A stretch of DNA of 30,424 nt from a virus (IMGVR_UViG_3300020045_005324:1-30424), one strand, 5' to 3'. Numbered from the stretch's first letter, positions 1 through 9,429 are shown. Translations and numbers: made by a program. The notes: generated from the sequence alone by a model not told the origin.

Positions 1-49
1 ATTATTGTCGAGTAGTTTTCCGTGATTTCCCATATCCTCTCATTTTTAC

Positions 50-70
50 GGCCCTTCGGGGCCTTTTTTT
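50..70 (+). terminator. Intrinsic terminator-like hairpin
   Basis: GGCCC-TTCG-GGGCC stem-loop followed by a T-run. Confidence 0.65.
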
Positions 71-121
71 ATACCAGAGACGTGCATCAATTCAGGGATT
101 TGAATTATTTTGTTTATTTCC

Positions 122-150
122 TTGACATAATAATAGTATTTTGGTATATT
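122..150 (+). promoter_or_regulatory. sigma70-type promoter
   Basis: TTGACA-17 nt-TATATT upstream of the ORF at 197. Confidence 0.7.
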
Positions 151-196
151 TAAATTGTGGGTGGGGAAAAAATAAAATAAAAACGGGAGAAAGATT

Positions 197-370
197 ATGA
201 AGATCAAAAATATCAATGAAAATTTCGGAGATTCCATCGAGTTTGATAGCGTTGAGGAAATGGAAGCCACTGTTGAGGCTTGCGGGTATGAGCTTCCTGC
301 GGACGGGCTGCTGGAAGGCCGGGATTTTGAAAATGTTGGAATCAAAAGCGAGGAGTGCGAGAGCAAATGA
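197..370 (+). CDS. Small acidic hypothetical protein (57 aa, MKIKNINENFGDSIEF...)
   Basis: Read by eye, not in the ORF track. GGGAG SD upstream; stop overlaps the next ATG (ATGA). Confidence 0.7.
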   Translation: MKIKNINENFGDSIEFDSVEEMEATVEACGYELPADGLLEGRDFENVGIKSEECESK

Positions 371-552
371 CCGCCGCCAAGGGCCGTGCCGGGCGGCCCA
401 GAATGGACCCGGCAAAGAAAATGCGGCATCTAAGCGCCACGGTAACACCCGAAACATCGGCGGCTATCGAGGCCGCCAGACTGCCTGGTGAAACCATCGG
501 GCGCGTGATAGACAGGGCTGTTGAGGCCCTGAAGGAGCGGGGAAAAATATGA
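367..552 (+). CDS. Putative ribbon-helix-helix DNA-binding protein
   Basis: AGRP motif, then beta-strand (LSATV) and two helices; ATGA coupling at both ends. Confidence 0.6.
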   Translation: MTAAKGRAGRPRMDPAKKMRHLSATVTPETSAAIEAARLPGETIGRVIDRAVEALKERGKI

Positions 553-770
553 AAAAGTTTAATTTCTAAAATTGGAAATATACCTGGTTGGATGAAGAAA
601 AAACCCGCCTGTCTGTTCAGGCTCTCGTTCCGGCAATCGACGAGGACGGAATTGACCAAACCCGCTGGCCAAAAGACGACCAGGTATCAGAGTGGGTGGG
701 GAAGCCGGTAAAACTCTTTGACGCTGGCGATGCCAATGATTTTCCCGAGGCCATTTACGACGCGAGATGA
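549..770 (+). pseudogene. Hypothetical protein interrupted by one in-frame TAA (567-569)
   Basis: Coupled ATG at 549 is in frame with ORF 588..770: MKKFNF*NWKYTWLDEEK... Confidence 0.5.
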
Positions 771-821
771 GGAGCACTCACCCCTTCGGGGGGATGCTGA
801 TTTTCAAAGGGAGAAGGGAAA

Positions 822-1016
822 ATGAAAGAAAGAAAAAAGCATGTCGGAGATATTGGTCGGAAAACCGGATATGACGTATGGATTTTTGGAGAATGCTCAT
901 GGCACCGCACGGAAGCGGGGGCCAGGAAAAAAGCTGCCGAGGCTCGAAACCGATGCTCAAATATTCAAATAGTCAGCTGTTCCTCGGGAAATTTAATCGG
1001 AGGGAGGCCGGAATAG
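822..1016 (+). CDS. Hypothetical protein
   Basis: Purine-rich SD (AAGGGA) before the ATG; same strand as neighbours. Confidence 0.5.
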   Translation: MKERKKHVGDIGRKTGYDVWIFGECSWHRTEAGARKKAAEARNRCSNIQIVSCSSGNLIGGRPE

Positions 1017-1023
1017 GAAACGC

Positions 1024-1053
1024 TTGACAATAATCATACAATTATAGTATTAT
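1024..1053 (+). promoter_or_regulatory. sigma70-type promoter
   Basis: TTGACA-18 nt-TATTAT followed by an AGGAGG SD. Confidence 0.55.
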
Positions 1054-1072
1054 AGTTCAGGAGGAGCGAAAC

Positions 1073-1216
1073 ATGAAAAAAATTATCCTGATGTCGGTGG
1101 TGCAGGTGCCCACCGGGTTAAAGAATCGCCTGAAAAGTCTTGCCGCAAAGCAGGGCAAGACAATGCAGGGGATTGTCGAAAAGCTCATCAAGAGGTATAT
1201 CGATGGCAAAATCTGA
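1073..1216 (+). CDS. Arc/ParG-like ribbon-helix-helix protein (47 aa)
   Basis: Read by eye: MKKIILMSVVQVPTGLKNRLKSLAAKQGKTMQGIVEKLIKRYIDGKI; strong SD. Confidence 0.7.
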   Translation: MKKIILMSVVQVPTGLKNRLKSLAAKQGKTMQGIVEKLIKRYIDGKI

Positions 1217-1331
1217 TATTCCAGACAGCCCCATCCCCGAGGAAAACGACCATTGCCCTTGCGGCTGGCTCCTGGACGATGACGGCTGCTGTCCGAAGTG
1301 CAAAGCCGAATGGGAGGCCGACAACCGATGA
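1203..1331 (+). CDS. Small Cys-rich (Zn-ribbon-like) protein
   Basis: CPCG...CPKC; ATG at 1203 overlaps the previous gene. Confidence 0.55.
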   Translation: MAKSDIPDSPIPEENDHCPCGWLLDDDGCCPKCKAEWEADNR

Positions 1332-1477
1332 CAACCGCAAATTGGGAAACCATAGCGCAAATCTGTCAAAGAACCGGCCTTGGCCTTGATGCCGTTCTGG
1401 CCGGGATCGCGCTGGAGCATCGGGCGGGGAAAAATGTGTTCAAAATCGAAGGCAAAAATACAATGTGGAAGAAATAA
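1328..1477 (+). CDS. Hypothetical protein running into the compositional junction
   Basis: ATGA-coupled ORF MTTANWETIAQIC...GKNTMWKK. Confidence 0.45.
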   Translation: MTTANWETIAQICQRTGLGLDAVLAGIALEHRAGKNVFKIEGKNTMWKK

Positions 1478-1683
1478 ATGGATTACCAGCTGAAACAATT
1501 GTAATTGCAGAGCCAAAACAATTGATCTTTGGAACTGGTTTGTTAGCAGATCACAACGAAGTTAGATTGGTTGATCAAGACGACACAATGTTAAACGGTA
1601 AAATCATTGGAACAATGGTTTACAATGCTGGAGTTCAGTATTACAACGGTGCTGAAATAGTTTGGGCTAGACCAATAGCATAG
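1465..1683 (+). CDS. C-terminal fragment of major capsid protein (5'-truncated)
   Basis: NGLP..TIV..E..LIFGTGLL.DHNEV...M.YNAGVQY resembles Bacteroidota phage capsid C-termini; followed by a terminator-like hairpin and structural genes. Confidence 0.7.
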   Translation: MEEINGLPAETIVIAEPKQLIFGTGLLADHNEVRLVDQDDTMLNGKIIGTMVYNAGVQYYNGAEIVWARPIA

Positions 1684-1701
1684 TTAAACAAAACAAGTAA
1701 C

Positions 1702-1725
1702 AAAGGCGGTTTAGTTACCGCCTTT
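1702..1725 (+). terminator. Hairpin after capsid gene
   Basis: AAAGGCGGT / ACCGCCTTT perfect inverted repeat. Confidence 0.7.
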
Positions 1726-1742
1726 AATCTAAATATATAATT

Positions 1743-2252
1743 ATGGCTTGTGATTTAACAGCAGGAAGAGCGAAAGTTTGTAAACAAGGCTTAGGAGGTT
1801 TAGGAAAACTTTACCTTTTTAACTTTGTAGAAGATCCGTTTACAGTATTGGCAGGAGTTGCAACCGCAATCAATCCATTGCTTACAACGGTATTTGAATA
1901 TGAATTGGAAGGTGACGGTAATAGTGTTTCTGAAAGTGAAGTGCCTGATAGAAATACAGGAACAACAGTAAACACTCAAACAAGTACTTTTGTCTTAAAG
2001 AAAATTGATGCGGTTACGTCCGCTCAAATGAATCTATTAGCCTATGGATTTCCTATGGCAGTTGTAAAAGATAGAAACGGAATTTATCATGCAATCGGAA
2101 TTGATGATGGAATTGATTTTACAGTGGTTCAATCTACAGGGGGCGCAAAAGCTGAACTAAACGGATATACATTGACCGGAGTTTCTACTTCTGGAAGTTT
2201 ATCGCCTAAATTAGATACAGCAACTATTGCGGCATTTTTGGCTTTGGTTTAA
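1743..2252 (+). CDS. Virion structural protein, putative tail-tube-like
   Basis: MACDLTAGR..CK..LGG N-terminus typical of the gene after the capsid in Bacteroidota phages; beta-rich; flanked by hairpins. Confidence 0.6.
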   Translation: MACDLTAGRAKVCKQGLGGLGKLYLFNFVEDPFTVLAGVATAINPLLTTVFEYELEGDGNSVSESEVPDRNTGTTVNTQTSTFVLKKIDAVTSAQMNLLAYGFPMAVVKDRNGIYHAIGIDDGIDFTVVQSTGGAKAELNGYTLTGVSTSGSLSPKLDTATIAAFLALV

Positions 2253-2276
2253 TACTTTTTGATTAGTAATTTTTTT

Positions 2277-2308
2277 TAAAACCCTATTTGTAACAAAATA
2301 GGGTTTTA
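2277..2308 (+). terminator. Intrinsic terminator
   Basis: TAAAACCCTATTT / AAATAGGGTTTTA inverted repeat, T-rich tail. Confidence 0.7.
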
Positions 2309-2321
2309 TTTGTTTAATAGT

Positions 2322-2627
2322 ATGATACATTTATTGCCTATAAATACAACACACGAATTTAATTTTATACCTAGATTCATTCCTAGTAGTGAATTGATAT
2401 TACAATTGTATAAAGAGGAAACGCAACAATTTCAAACAGTTGATAATTTGTATGTTTACGCAAATGGATTAGCAACTATAACATTTGATTTAAATGTATT
2501 TGAAAATGATAAATTTCAAGTTAAAATATTACAAGGTACTGATGTTATTTATAGAGACAAAATATTTGTAACATCACAAAATACGCAGGAATTTAAAGCA
2601 ACAAAAGACCATTACTATTATGAGTAA
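2322..2627 (+). CDS. Hypothetical structural-module protein
   Basis: ATG at 2322 preferred over TTG 2310; overlaps the portal start. Confidence 0.65.
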   Translation: MIHLLPINTTHEFNFIPRFIPSSELILQLYKEETQQFQTVDNLYVYANGLATITFDLNVFENDKFQVKILQGTDVIYRDKIFVTSQNTQEFKATKDHYYYE

Positions 2628-4239
2628 CGATGTAAGACTATTACAATTAAGCAATTATGTACGTCCAAAGTTAGAGGAAAACAAATCTAAGAATTGGGTA
2701 TTGAACGGTAAAAATAATTCGTTTTATCAGTACGTAATAGATCGTTTTAATGGTTCTCCAACCAATGCGGCAATTATTGATAGTTATTCTAATTTAATTT
2801 ATGGCAACGGCTTACGTTCAAAAAATAACAATACAAGTGCTTGGATTAATTTTGTGTCAATATTAAGACCAAAAGAGGTTCGTAAAATAGTTTCAGATTT
2901 TGAATTATTTGGCGAGGCATCATTTCAAGTTATCAAAGCAAAAGATCGTAAAAAATTAGGCGCAATTTATCATATTCCAAAACAACAAATTGTTCCATCT
3001 TTAGAGAATGAAGAAGGCGTAATAGAAGGATATTGGCATTCAAAAGATTGGAGTAATACTCAAAAATACCCACCAGTTTATTATCCTGCTTTTGGAACTT
3101 CAAAAGAAGAGATTGAGATTTACTGTATTAAGCCATATAAAGCCGGTAAAAACTATTTTAGTGATCCTGATTATTTAAGTGCGTTGCCTTATGCTGAAAT
3201 GGAAGAGGAATTGGCAAACTTTTATATTAATTCTATTAAAAAAGGATTAAGTGCTGGATGTATTATTCAAGTGCCTGACGGAGACACATTGACGCCTGAA
3301 GAAAAAGAAGAATTTGAAAAAAAGATAACTCAAAAAATGACAGGCTCGCCAAATGCAATGAGTTTTATTTTAGATTTTTACGGAGGAGACAAGCCTATAA
3401 CCGTTGTTGAATTTCCTGTAAATCAAAAGCAACATCAACAATGGGAGTATTTAACAGGTGAAAGTCGTCAGCAAATAATGACAGGGCATAAGGTTGTATC
3501 TCCAAAACTATTTGGAATTATGTCAGACGGTGGATTCGGAAATAATGCAAATGAACTTGACGAAGCCGAAGCGCAATTAATGAAGCGAGTTATACAGCCA
3601 AAACAAACGCCAATTACAGAAGCATTCGAAGAGGTTATTAATTTCTACGGTATTATGTTAGATTTATATTTTGCGCCTTTAACAGAGCCTAAAACAGTTC
3701 AGTTACATTCACATGACGAAAAAAAAAAGATTGATTTAGATTTGTATGGCGAAGATGAAAATCTTGAAGATTACGAATTAATAGAAGTTAAAGCGGTTGA
3801 TTATGAAGAAGAAAAACGATTAGGATTAATTGAACTATCTACCGGAACAGCTAAGCCACTGCAAAAATCAAGATATGATTTGTTTGATACCATTACAAGA
3901 TATCGATATGCAGGTGATTTAAGCGGAGAAAGACAATTTTGCAAAGATATGTTATCTGTTAAAAAGATATATCGTATTGAAGACATTGAATTAATGAATA
4001 GTTTGCCGGTAAATAGTGGTTTTGGACCAGAAGGAGCAGCAACTTACGACATTTTAAAATATAAAGGCGGTGTAAATTGTCATCATTATTGGGAAAAACT
4101 GACTTATAAACGTAAAAATAAAAGCATAAAAGTAGATCCAAAGTCACCAATAGCAATTGATAAAAGCAATAAACAACCGGCAAAAGGATTAGCAGGAATT
4201 GAGCCTATAAACATGCCGAATCGAGGCGCATTAAAATAA
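2620..4239 (+). CDS. Portal protein with C-terminal Cys/His (MuF-like) extension
   Basis: SPTNAAII, D.ELFG.A, YF..PDY..AL, I..GH.V.SP.LFGI, I.P.Q motifs resemble phage portals; extra domain with RQFC...GGVNCHHYW. Confidence 0.75.
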   Translation: MSNDVRLLQLSNYVRPKLEENKSKNWVLNGKNNSFYQYVIDRFNGSPTNAAIIDSYSNLIYGNGLRSKNNNTSAWINFVSILRPKEVRKIVSDFELFGEASFQVIKAKDRKKLGAIYHIPKQQIVPSLENEEGVIEGYWHSKDWSNTQKYPPVYYPAFGTSKEEIEIYCIKPYKAGKNYFSDPDYLSALPYAEMEEELANFYINSIKKGLSAGCIIQVPDGDTLTPEEKEEFEKKITQKMTGSPNAMSFILDFYGGDKPITVVEFPVNQKQHQQWEYLTGESRQQIMTGHKVVSPKLFGIMSDGGFGNNANELDEAEAQLMKRVIQPKQTPITEAFEEVINFYGIMLDLYFAPLTEPKTVQLHSHDEKKKIDLDLYGEDENLEDYELIEVKAVDYEEEKRLGLIELSTGTAKPLQKSRYDLFDTITRYRYAGDLSGERQFCKDMLSVKKIYRIEDIELMNSLPVNSGFGPEGAATYDILKYKGGVNCHHYWEKLTYKRKNKSIKVDPKSPIAIDKSNKQPAKGLAGIEPINMPNRGALK

Positions 4240-4243
4240 TATT

Positions 4244-4735
4244 ATGGCAGAATTATTATTCATAACACCCGAAGAAATGACATTTTCCACTATTTTAAGT
4301 GGAAATACTGACACGGATAAGTATTTATTTTGTATTGCAGATGCTCAAATATCAGTAATTGAACCGTTGTTAGGTTCTTTATTGTACGATAAAATAAAAA
4401 GCGATATTGAAGGCGTTGGATTAGCTGGTTTATATCTTGAATTATACACTGATTTTGTAAAGCCAATTACTAAAAATGAAGCAATAGCACAATACATAGA
4501 AATAGCGTCTTATATCGTAGACAATGCGGGCGTATATAAACATACTGGCGATAAAATAGAAGTAGTTGACAAAAACGAAGCGCAATATTTAGCAGGAAAG
4601 TATCACAATTTAGCACAAATGTATATCGGACGTTTTAATAAATGGATTTGCAAAAACACAATTGAAGAGTATAAAGTTTGTCAGGATGAAGTGAACGCTC
4701 AAAAAGTTAAAACTAGTTTTGGATGGAAATTGTAA
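4244..4735 (+). CDS. Putative head-tail adaptor
   Basis: Helical 163-aa protein right after the portal; AQ...I.PLLG..LY motif. Confidence 0.55.
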   Translation: MAELLFITPEEMTFSTILSGNTDTDKYLFCIADAQISVIEPLLGSLLYDKIKSDIEGVGLAGLYLELYTDFVKPITKNEAIAQYIEIASYIVDNAGVYKHTGDKIEVVDKNEAQYLAGKYHNLAQMYIGRFNKWICKNTIEEYKVCQDEVNAQKVKTSFGWKL

Positions 4736-5295
4736 ACGGATATAATCGAAAGTGCAAAGATGGTTTAGCCGGAGTTAAAAAGATATGGCTTTGTAAGTAT
4801 CAAAAATACAATCGAAGCCAAATTATAATAGATAGTAATTATCTAGTAACGTTTCCTGACACTTTTATTTATTCGTTTCATTCTGTTGAGCCTAGCTCAT
4901 TAAATGAAACACAAGAACAAAACGAAGGCGGTAAATTTTACAATCAAAGTATATCATTAGTTTTTAAAGGTGCGGACGCTTTTGAATTAGAATTGTTAAA
5001 CTATTTAAATTATAGAATTTTAATACTAGATAACAATGATTTATATCGAATTTTAGGACTATACAACGGATTAGAAAGTAGTGGTATTACATACGATACA
5101 GGACAATCAAAAAATAGTTTAAACGGGTTTAAAATATCATTTATAGGGCGTGAAGAAAAAGGAAGTTTCTTTATTGAAAATTTATTAGATTCTGGATTTA
5201 TAGAATCAAATCCTTTTGAATTTAATCTTTTATTTGAAAATAATAATTTCTTTTTATTAGAAAACAACGACAATTTAATTACGCAAAATGGCTAA
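4723..5295 (+). CDS. Structural protein, paralog of 1743..2252
   Basis: Shares CK.GL.G..K..L, D.N..Y...G...G and TG..K..LNG motifs. Confidence 0.65.
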   Translation: MEIVNGYNRKCKDGLAGVKKIWLCKYQKYNRSQIIIDSNYLVTFPDTFIYSFHSVEPSSLNETQEQNEGGKFYNQSISLVFKGADAFELELLNYLNYRILILDNNDLYRILGLYNGLESSGITYDTGQSKNSLNGFKISFIGREEKGSFFIENLLDSGFIESNPFEFNLLFENNNFFLLENNDNLITQNG

Positions 5296-5800
5296 TAGAA
5301 AATTAACAGTATTACCAGAATTTACAGCTATTTCAGATGATGATTTAGGATATATAGTTGATGTATCTGACACAAGTGAAAGCCCAAACGGGACAAGTAA
5401 AAAAGTAAAATATTTAAGATTAAAGGCTTTTTTAAAACCTTATTTCGATACATTATATGAAGCGAAACTTTTATTTGTACCAGAAAATAGAGATAACAAA
5501 CAAAACTCATTGACGGTTGATGGAACAGCTACTAAGTACCCAACAGTAGACGCGGTTAATGCTGCAATAATTGGATTTACAACTCAAGTAACATGTTTAC
5601 GTTTCGCAGGACTTGGACAAAACTACACAATACCAACAGGCGCAATAGCAGTAAACGCGCACATCGACGGTTATATTCAATATTTAGAACAGTTAGGATT
5701 CGAAAGCGATTTAAATACATTTACTCAAACAGATAACATAGTGACTTTTAATACTACAATCGAAAGCGGCTCACAAATTTTAATTCAATATTACTTATGA
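5288..5800 (+). CDS. Putative tail/fibre-associated protein
   Basis: N-terminal K.T.LP...DD...IVDVSD...TSKK motif and a KYPTV.AV segment seen in fibre proteins. Confidence 0.55.
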   Translation: MANRKLTVLPEFTAISDDDLGYIVDVSDTSESPNGTSKKVKYLRLKAFLKPYFDTLYEAKLLFVPENRDNKQNSLTVDGTATKYPTVDAVNAAIIGFTTQVTCLRFAGLGQNYTIPTGAIAVNAHIDGYIQYLEQLGFESDLNTFTQTDNIVTFNTTIESGSQILIQYYL

Positions 5801-7455
5801 AAAAAATACTTTTATTTTTATTGCCATTTTTTGCAATGGCTCAAAACCCAACTAATTTTCCTTATGGGATTAAGAACGCAGTTGCGCCAACGGTTACAAC
5901 ACCTACTTATTTTGTAACGCAAGAAGCTAATGGAATACATAATAAAACAGCTAGTGCGTTAATTGCTAAAATAACTGATTTAGACAAGAAACAAGACCTT
6001 TCCACCGGATTAATTAAAAATGGTGCAATTTCCATAAATGCAGACCCGACAAAATATAATATTAGTGCAGGTATTGGAGTAATCACAAATTATGACAATC
6101 CAGAAATACCAACATGTACAATCGTTAATTTTGCTGCAACAACAGGTAAAACTCCTACTTATTTGACAAGCGGCAATATTACTTATGTAGCGATAAATTC
6201 AAGTGGGGTAATAGTTGAACAAGCCACAGCATTTACAACGTCTCAAAGGCGTGATTTAATTATTTTAGGTGCAGTTATACATAGCAATCTTACAACAATA
6301 AACGTTGTAAACAATATTAGTGCCCCAACTAATGCGGACACAAACCAATTACATGACTTAATGTCATACATTGGCGCGTTAAATTTAACAGGAAATAAAT
6401 ATACTGCAAACGGTGCTAATTTAAGTTTAGATAAAAGCGCTGGAATCATATTCAAACCGGGTGTAAACTTTGCTAACGATTGGAAAAAGCCACACGAATT
6501 AGATGAGGCTTTACAAACATTATTGACTTTTAGATATAGAACACAAACAGGCGTTGAAGGCTCAGACGTAACCGTTTTAAATCCAGCTTTATATGATTTA
6601 GCTGGTGTTTTAACTACTGTTCCATCCAATAAATTCACCATCCAAACTGTAACAATGTTTCAAACTGGATTGACTAGGATTCAATACGGACAAAACATTT
6701 ACAATTCCCTTGCCGAAGCAGAAAACGCGATATTAACACGTGCTTTTGTAGTTGAAAGCAATATCGCAATGAATGGAATTACTCGCGCTTACATCATCTT
6801 ACGTAATTCAACAACTTCACTACAAAATGTAAGTGATGCAAAAATAATTGAAGCCCAAAAATTTGGAGGTGTTGCAAGTGGAGGCGTTGCCTTGACTGAC
6901 ACGGCAATTATTGCGGCTTTGGGGTATACTCCGGCAAATGATATTGATGTTGTTCACAAAACAGGCACTGAAATAATAACTGGTGAAAAAAGTTTCACGA
7001 CTGGAATTGAGGTTTACGATTCTGTTTTAACTGATGAAAACGTTTCTATTTTACCGGGAGAAATTAGAATATCAAAATATGCAATTGAAGACCCTGCAAT
7101 CATAAAAGCTGACAATTTAACAGATGCTAGGACGTTCCAATTACCAGACGAAAGCGGAACGGTTGCATTGAAAAATTTAACCGTTCGTAAAATATCAACA
7201 AATACAACGCTTGCAGATAGTGATAACGGAAAAATAATTCTATTAACAGCGAGCGCGACTATAACGCTTCCAAACGGACTAATGAATGGTTTTAACTGTT
7301 CTTTTTCAACATTAGCTGGTGTTACGCTTACTTATTCATTAGGCGGGTCAGTTGTATTATTAAACAATTTAGGAACAACAATGGCAGAAAAATTAAGCCA
7401 TACTATTGTAAATACAGGGGTTGCGAACGAATATTTAACAGCCGGTTCATTATGA
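5797..7455 (+). CDS. Tail-fibre-like protein with predicted signal peptide
   Basis: ALGYTPAN, VVHKTG.E.ITG.K.F and LPD.SGTVAL fibre motifs; N-terminus MKKILLFLLPFFAMA|Q. Confidence 0.6.
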   Translation: MKKILLFLLPFFAMAQNPTNFPYGIKNAVAPTVTTPTYFVTQEANGIHNKTASALIAKITDLDKKQDLSTGLIKNGAISINADPTKYNISAGIGVITNYDNPEIPTCTIVNFAATTGKTPTYLTSGNITYVAINSSGVIVEQATAFTTSQRRDLIILGAVIHSNLTTINVVNNISAPTNADTNQLHDLMSYIGALNLTGNKYTANGANLSLDKSAGIIFKPGVNFANDWKKPHELDEALQTLLTFRYRTQTGVEGSDVTVLNPALYDLAGVLTTVPSNKFTIQTVTMFQTGLTRIQYGQNIYNSLAEAENAILTRAFVVESNIAMNGITRAYIILRNSTTSLQNVSDAKIIEAQKFGGVASGGVALTDTAIIAALGYTPANDIDVVHKTGTEIITGEKSFTTGIEVYDSVLTDENVSILPGEIRISKYAIEDPAIIKADNLTDARTFQLPDESGTVALKNLTVRKISTNTTLADSDNGKIILLTASATITLPNGLMNGFNCSFSTLAGVTLTYSLGGSVVLLNNLGTTMAEKLSHTIVNTGVANEYLTAGSL

Positions 7456-9179
7456 GAAAAATACTTATACTACTATTATTTGTAAACATTGCCAGCGCGC
7501 AATATAATTTATTTGCAAGACAAAATTTTGCTTATAAATCGGTTTCAAACGGTACGAATACTGAAATTGGGGGGATTGCTTCGACAATTTCAACACCCGC
7601 ATTATTAGCCGCTAAACTTGGAATTTTAGAAAGTAGAATTACAAACTTCTCTATTGTTGGAAGTGATGTTAAGTGTAAAATTACTGGTAGTTATGTAATT
7701 CCGGCCAGCGCTTTCTATATCAATTCTTCTATCACTTATTATCTTGATTATGGAAATTTAGTAAGCGATATACAAGATCAAGCATTTTTTCAAACCGCTA
7801 ATTTCACATATGGTATTTTTGGGGGAATAACTACACTAACAGGGGCTTACATTTTTAGAGACGAAATAAATCCTCAAAGAAGTATGTTTATTGAGATGAA
7901 ATCATTAACAGCCATAACAAATGTTGCTTTTTACTCTTTAAATACCATAAAACTTACTTTGTACGCACCTTTACTGACGTCAATAGGCGCAAATGTACTA
8001 AACAACGATGTGTTTTTATCAATTGCAAAAACGCAGTTGTTTTATGTAAACCCTTTTCTTCAAACTTCTAATTCAGGTGGTGTTGAGGGAGACATAGCGT
8101 ATACGGCTAGTTTAGGTACGTCAATTCGCTACGTTACAAATATGACAGCTCCTAGTCAAATAACTGATTTAAGTGCAGGGACAATTTATAACACGGCAAT
8201 ACAATTGAATTTTACGCCTCCAAGCAGTACAAATACAATTGACTATTATGAATGCTGGGCTAATGGGGTTAAGAAAAATAACATTACTTCATCTGGGCAG
8301 CACATTAACGGCTTAACGGCAAACTCTTCACAAAATATAGTAGTTTATGCGGTTGATATATTTTACAATAAATCAGTTGTAAGCAACGTCTTAAATGTTT
8401 CTACCACACTAACAAATCCAACTGATTCTGACGCTTCGGCATATATAACAGCTTCGTCAAATTCTACGTATTCAACGGCTATAAACGATTTATTTTGCGG
8501 CTTAAAAGGAGCTAATTTATATCAAAAAATACAAGCATTTTACCCATTTTTAGGCACGACATCAACGCAACACAAGTGGAACGCGAAAAATCCACTAGAT
8601 ACTGACGCAGCGTTTAGACTAGTATTTACCGGAGCAGCCACATTTTCAAATTCAGGCTATCAGACAGATGGAGCGTCATACGCTAATACTTACTTTGTAA
8701 CTAGCACGAATCAAACTTTAAATAGTAACGGCCTGACAATTACTTCAGGGACAAATAATTCAGTTACAACCAATACCGCAGATATAGGTAATTATAATAA
8801 TGGAAATCAATCATCTTCCGTCTCTGTAAAATATAATGTTAGCAATCAATCCAAAACTGGTTTGAATAGTTGGGATTCCTCAGCGATAACTGCCGGAGCC
8901 ACAAATTCACAAGGTATTTTTACAGGAACTAAAACAGCTACATCAACTCATAAGCTTTTTAAAAACGGAAGCGTAATAGCCACTGGCACAGGTGGTGGAG
9001 CTTTATCTACTTTAAATGTATGGATAGGGGCTATGAATCTAAATGGAAGCGCTTACGGAAACTCAAAACAACGTATACAATTTACAGCAATGCATGAAGG
9101 ATTAAGCGATACAGAAGTAGTAACATTTCACACAATTATAGACGCATTCGAAACGGCCTTAGGGCGCAAAACTTGGTAA
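7452..9179 (+). CDS. Multidomain adhesin/receptor-binding-like protein (signal peptide, BspA-like repeats, FN3, LamG-like)
   Basis: ASA|Q signal peptide; I...AF repeats; FN3 pattern APSQITDL...L.FTPP...Y...GLT.N....V.AVD; beta-sandwich-like C-terminus. Confidence 0.6.
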   Translation: MRKILILLLFVNIASAQYNLFARQNFAYKSVSNGTNTEIGGIASTISTPALLAAKLGILESRITNFSIVGSDVKCKITGSYVIPASAFYINSSITYYLDYGNLVSDIQDQAFFQTANFTYGIFGGITTLTGAYIFRDEINPQRSMFIEMKSLTAITNVAFYSLNTIKLTLYAPLLTSIGANVLNNDVFLSIAKTQLFYVNPFLQTSNSGGVEGDIAYTASLGTSIRYVTNMTAPSQITDLSAGTIYNTAIQLNFTPPSSTNTIDYYECWANGVKKNNITSSGQHINGLTANSSQNIVVYAVDIFYNKSVVSNVLNVSTTLTNPTDSDASAYITASSNSTYSTAINDLFCGLKGANLYQKIQAFYPFLGTTSTQHKWNAKNPLDTDAAFRLVFTGAATFSNSGYQTDGASYANTYFVTSTNQTLNSNGLTITSGTNNSVTTNTADIGNYNNGNQSSSVSVKYNVSNQSKTGLNSWDSSAITAGATNSQGIFTGTKTATSTHKLFKNGSVIATGTGGGALSTLNVWIGAMNLNGSAYGNSKQRIQFTAMHEGLSDTEVVTFHTIIDAFETALGRKTW

Positions 9180-9180
9180 C

Positions 9181-9429
9181 ATGATAAAAATACAACCTAT
9201 CCCACTTGGGATTCCAGAACAAAACGGCACTCAATTGCTAGTAGGTGTCACAATTTCAAACACGCAGGACAAAACATGTGCATTAAATTGGAGAATTTTA
9301 ACCGATGACTTCAAAGACCTTGCAACCGGTGTCATTCAATTAACAGAGGAACAGTATTCTAAATGGGGAGACGATAACACTTATTTAGAAGAAATTACAT
9401 TAGAAACTTTAAAACTAAATAGATTATGA
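9181..9429 (+). CDS. Small tail-associated hypothetical protein
   Basis: Follows the fibre genes; Y..WG.DN.Y motif. Confidence 0.55.
   Translation: MIKIQPIPLGIPEQNGTQLLVGVTISNTQDKTCALNWRILTDDFKDLATGVIQLTEEQYSKWGDDNTYLEEITLETLKLNRL

Noticed and set aside
46-1516. Minus-strand ORFs in the GC-rich segment
   Set aside because: They are antisense to coupled plus-strand genes that have promoters and SD sites
5797-9179. Diversity-generating retroelement targeting the fibre genes
   Set aside because: No reverse transcriptase and no template/variable repeat pair seen by eye
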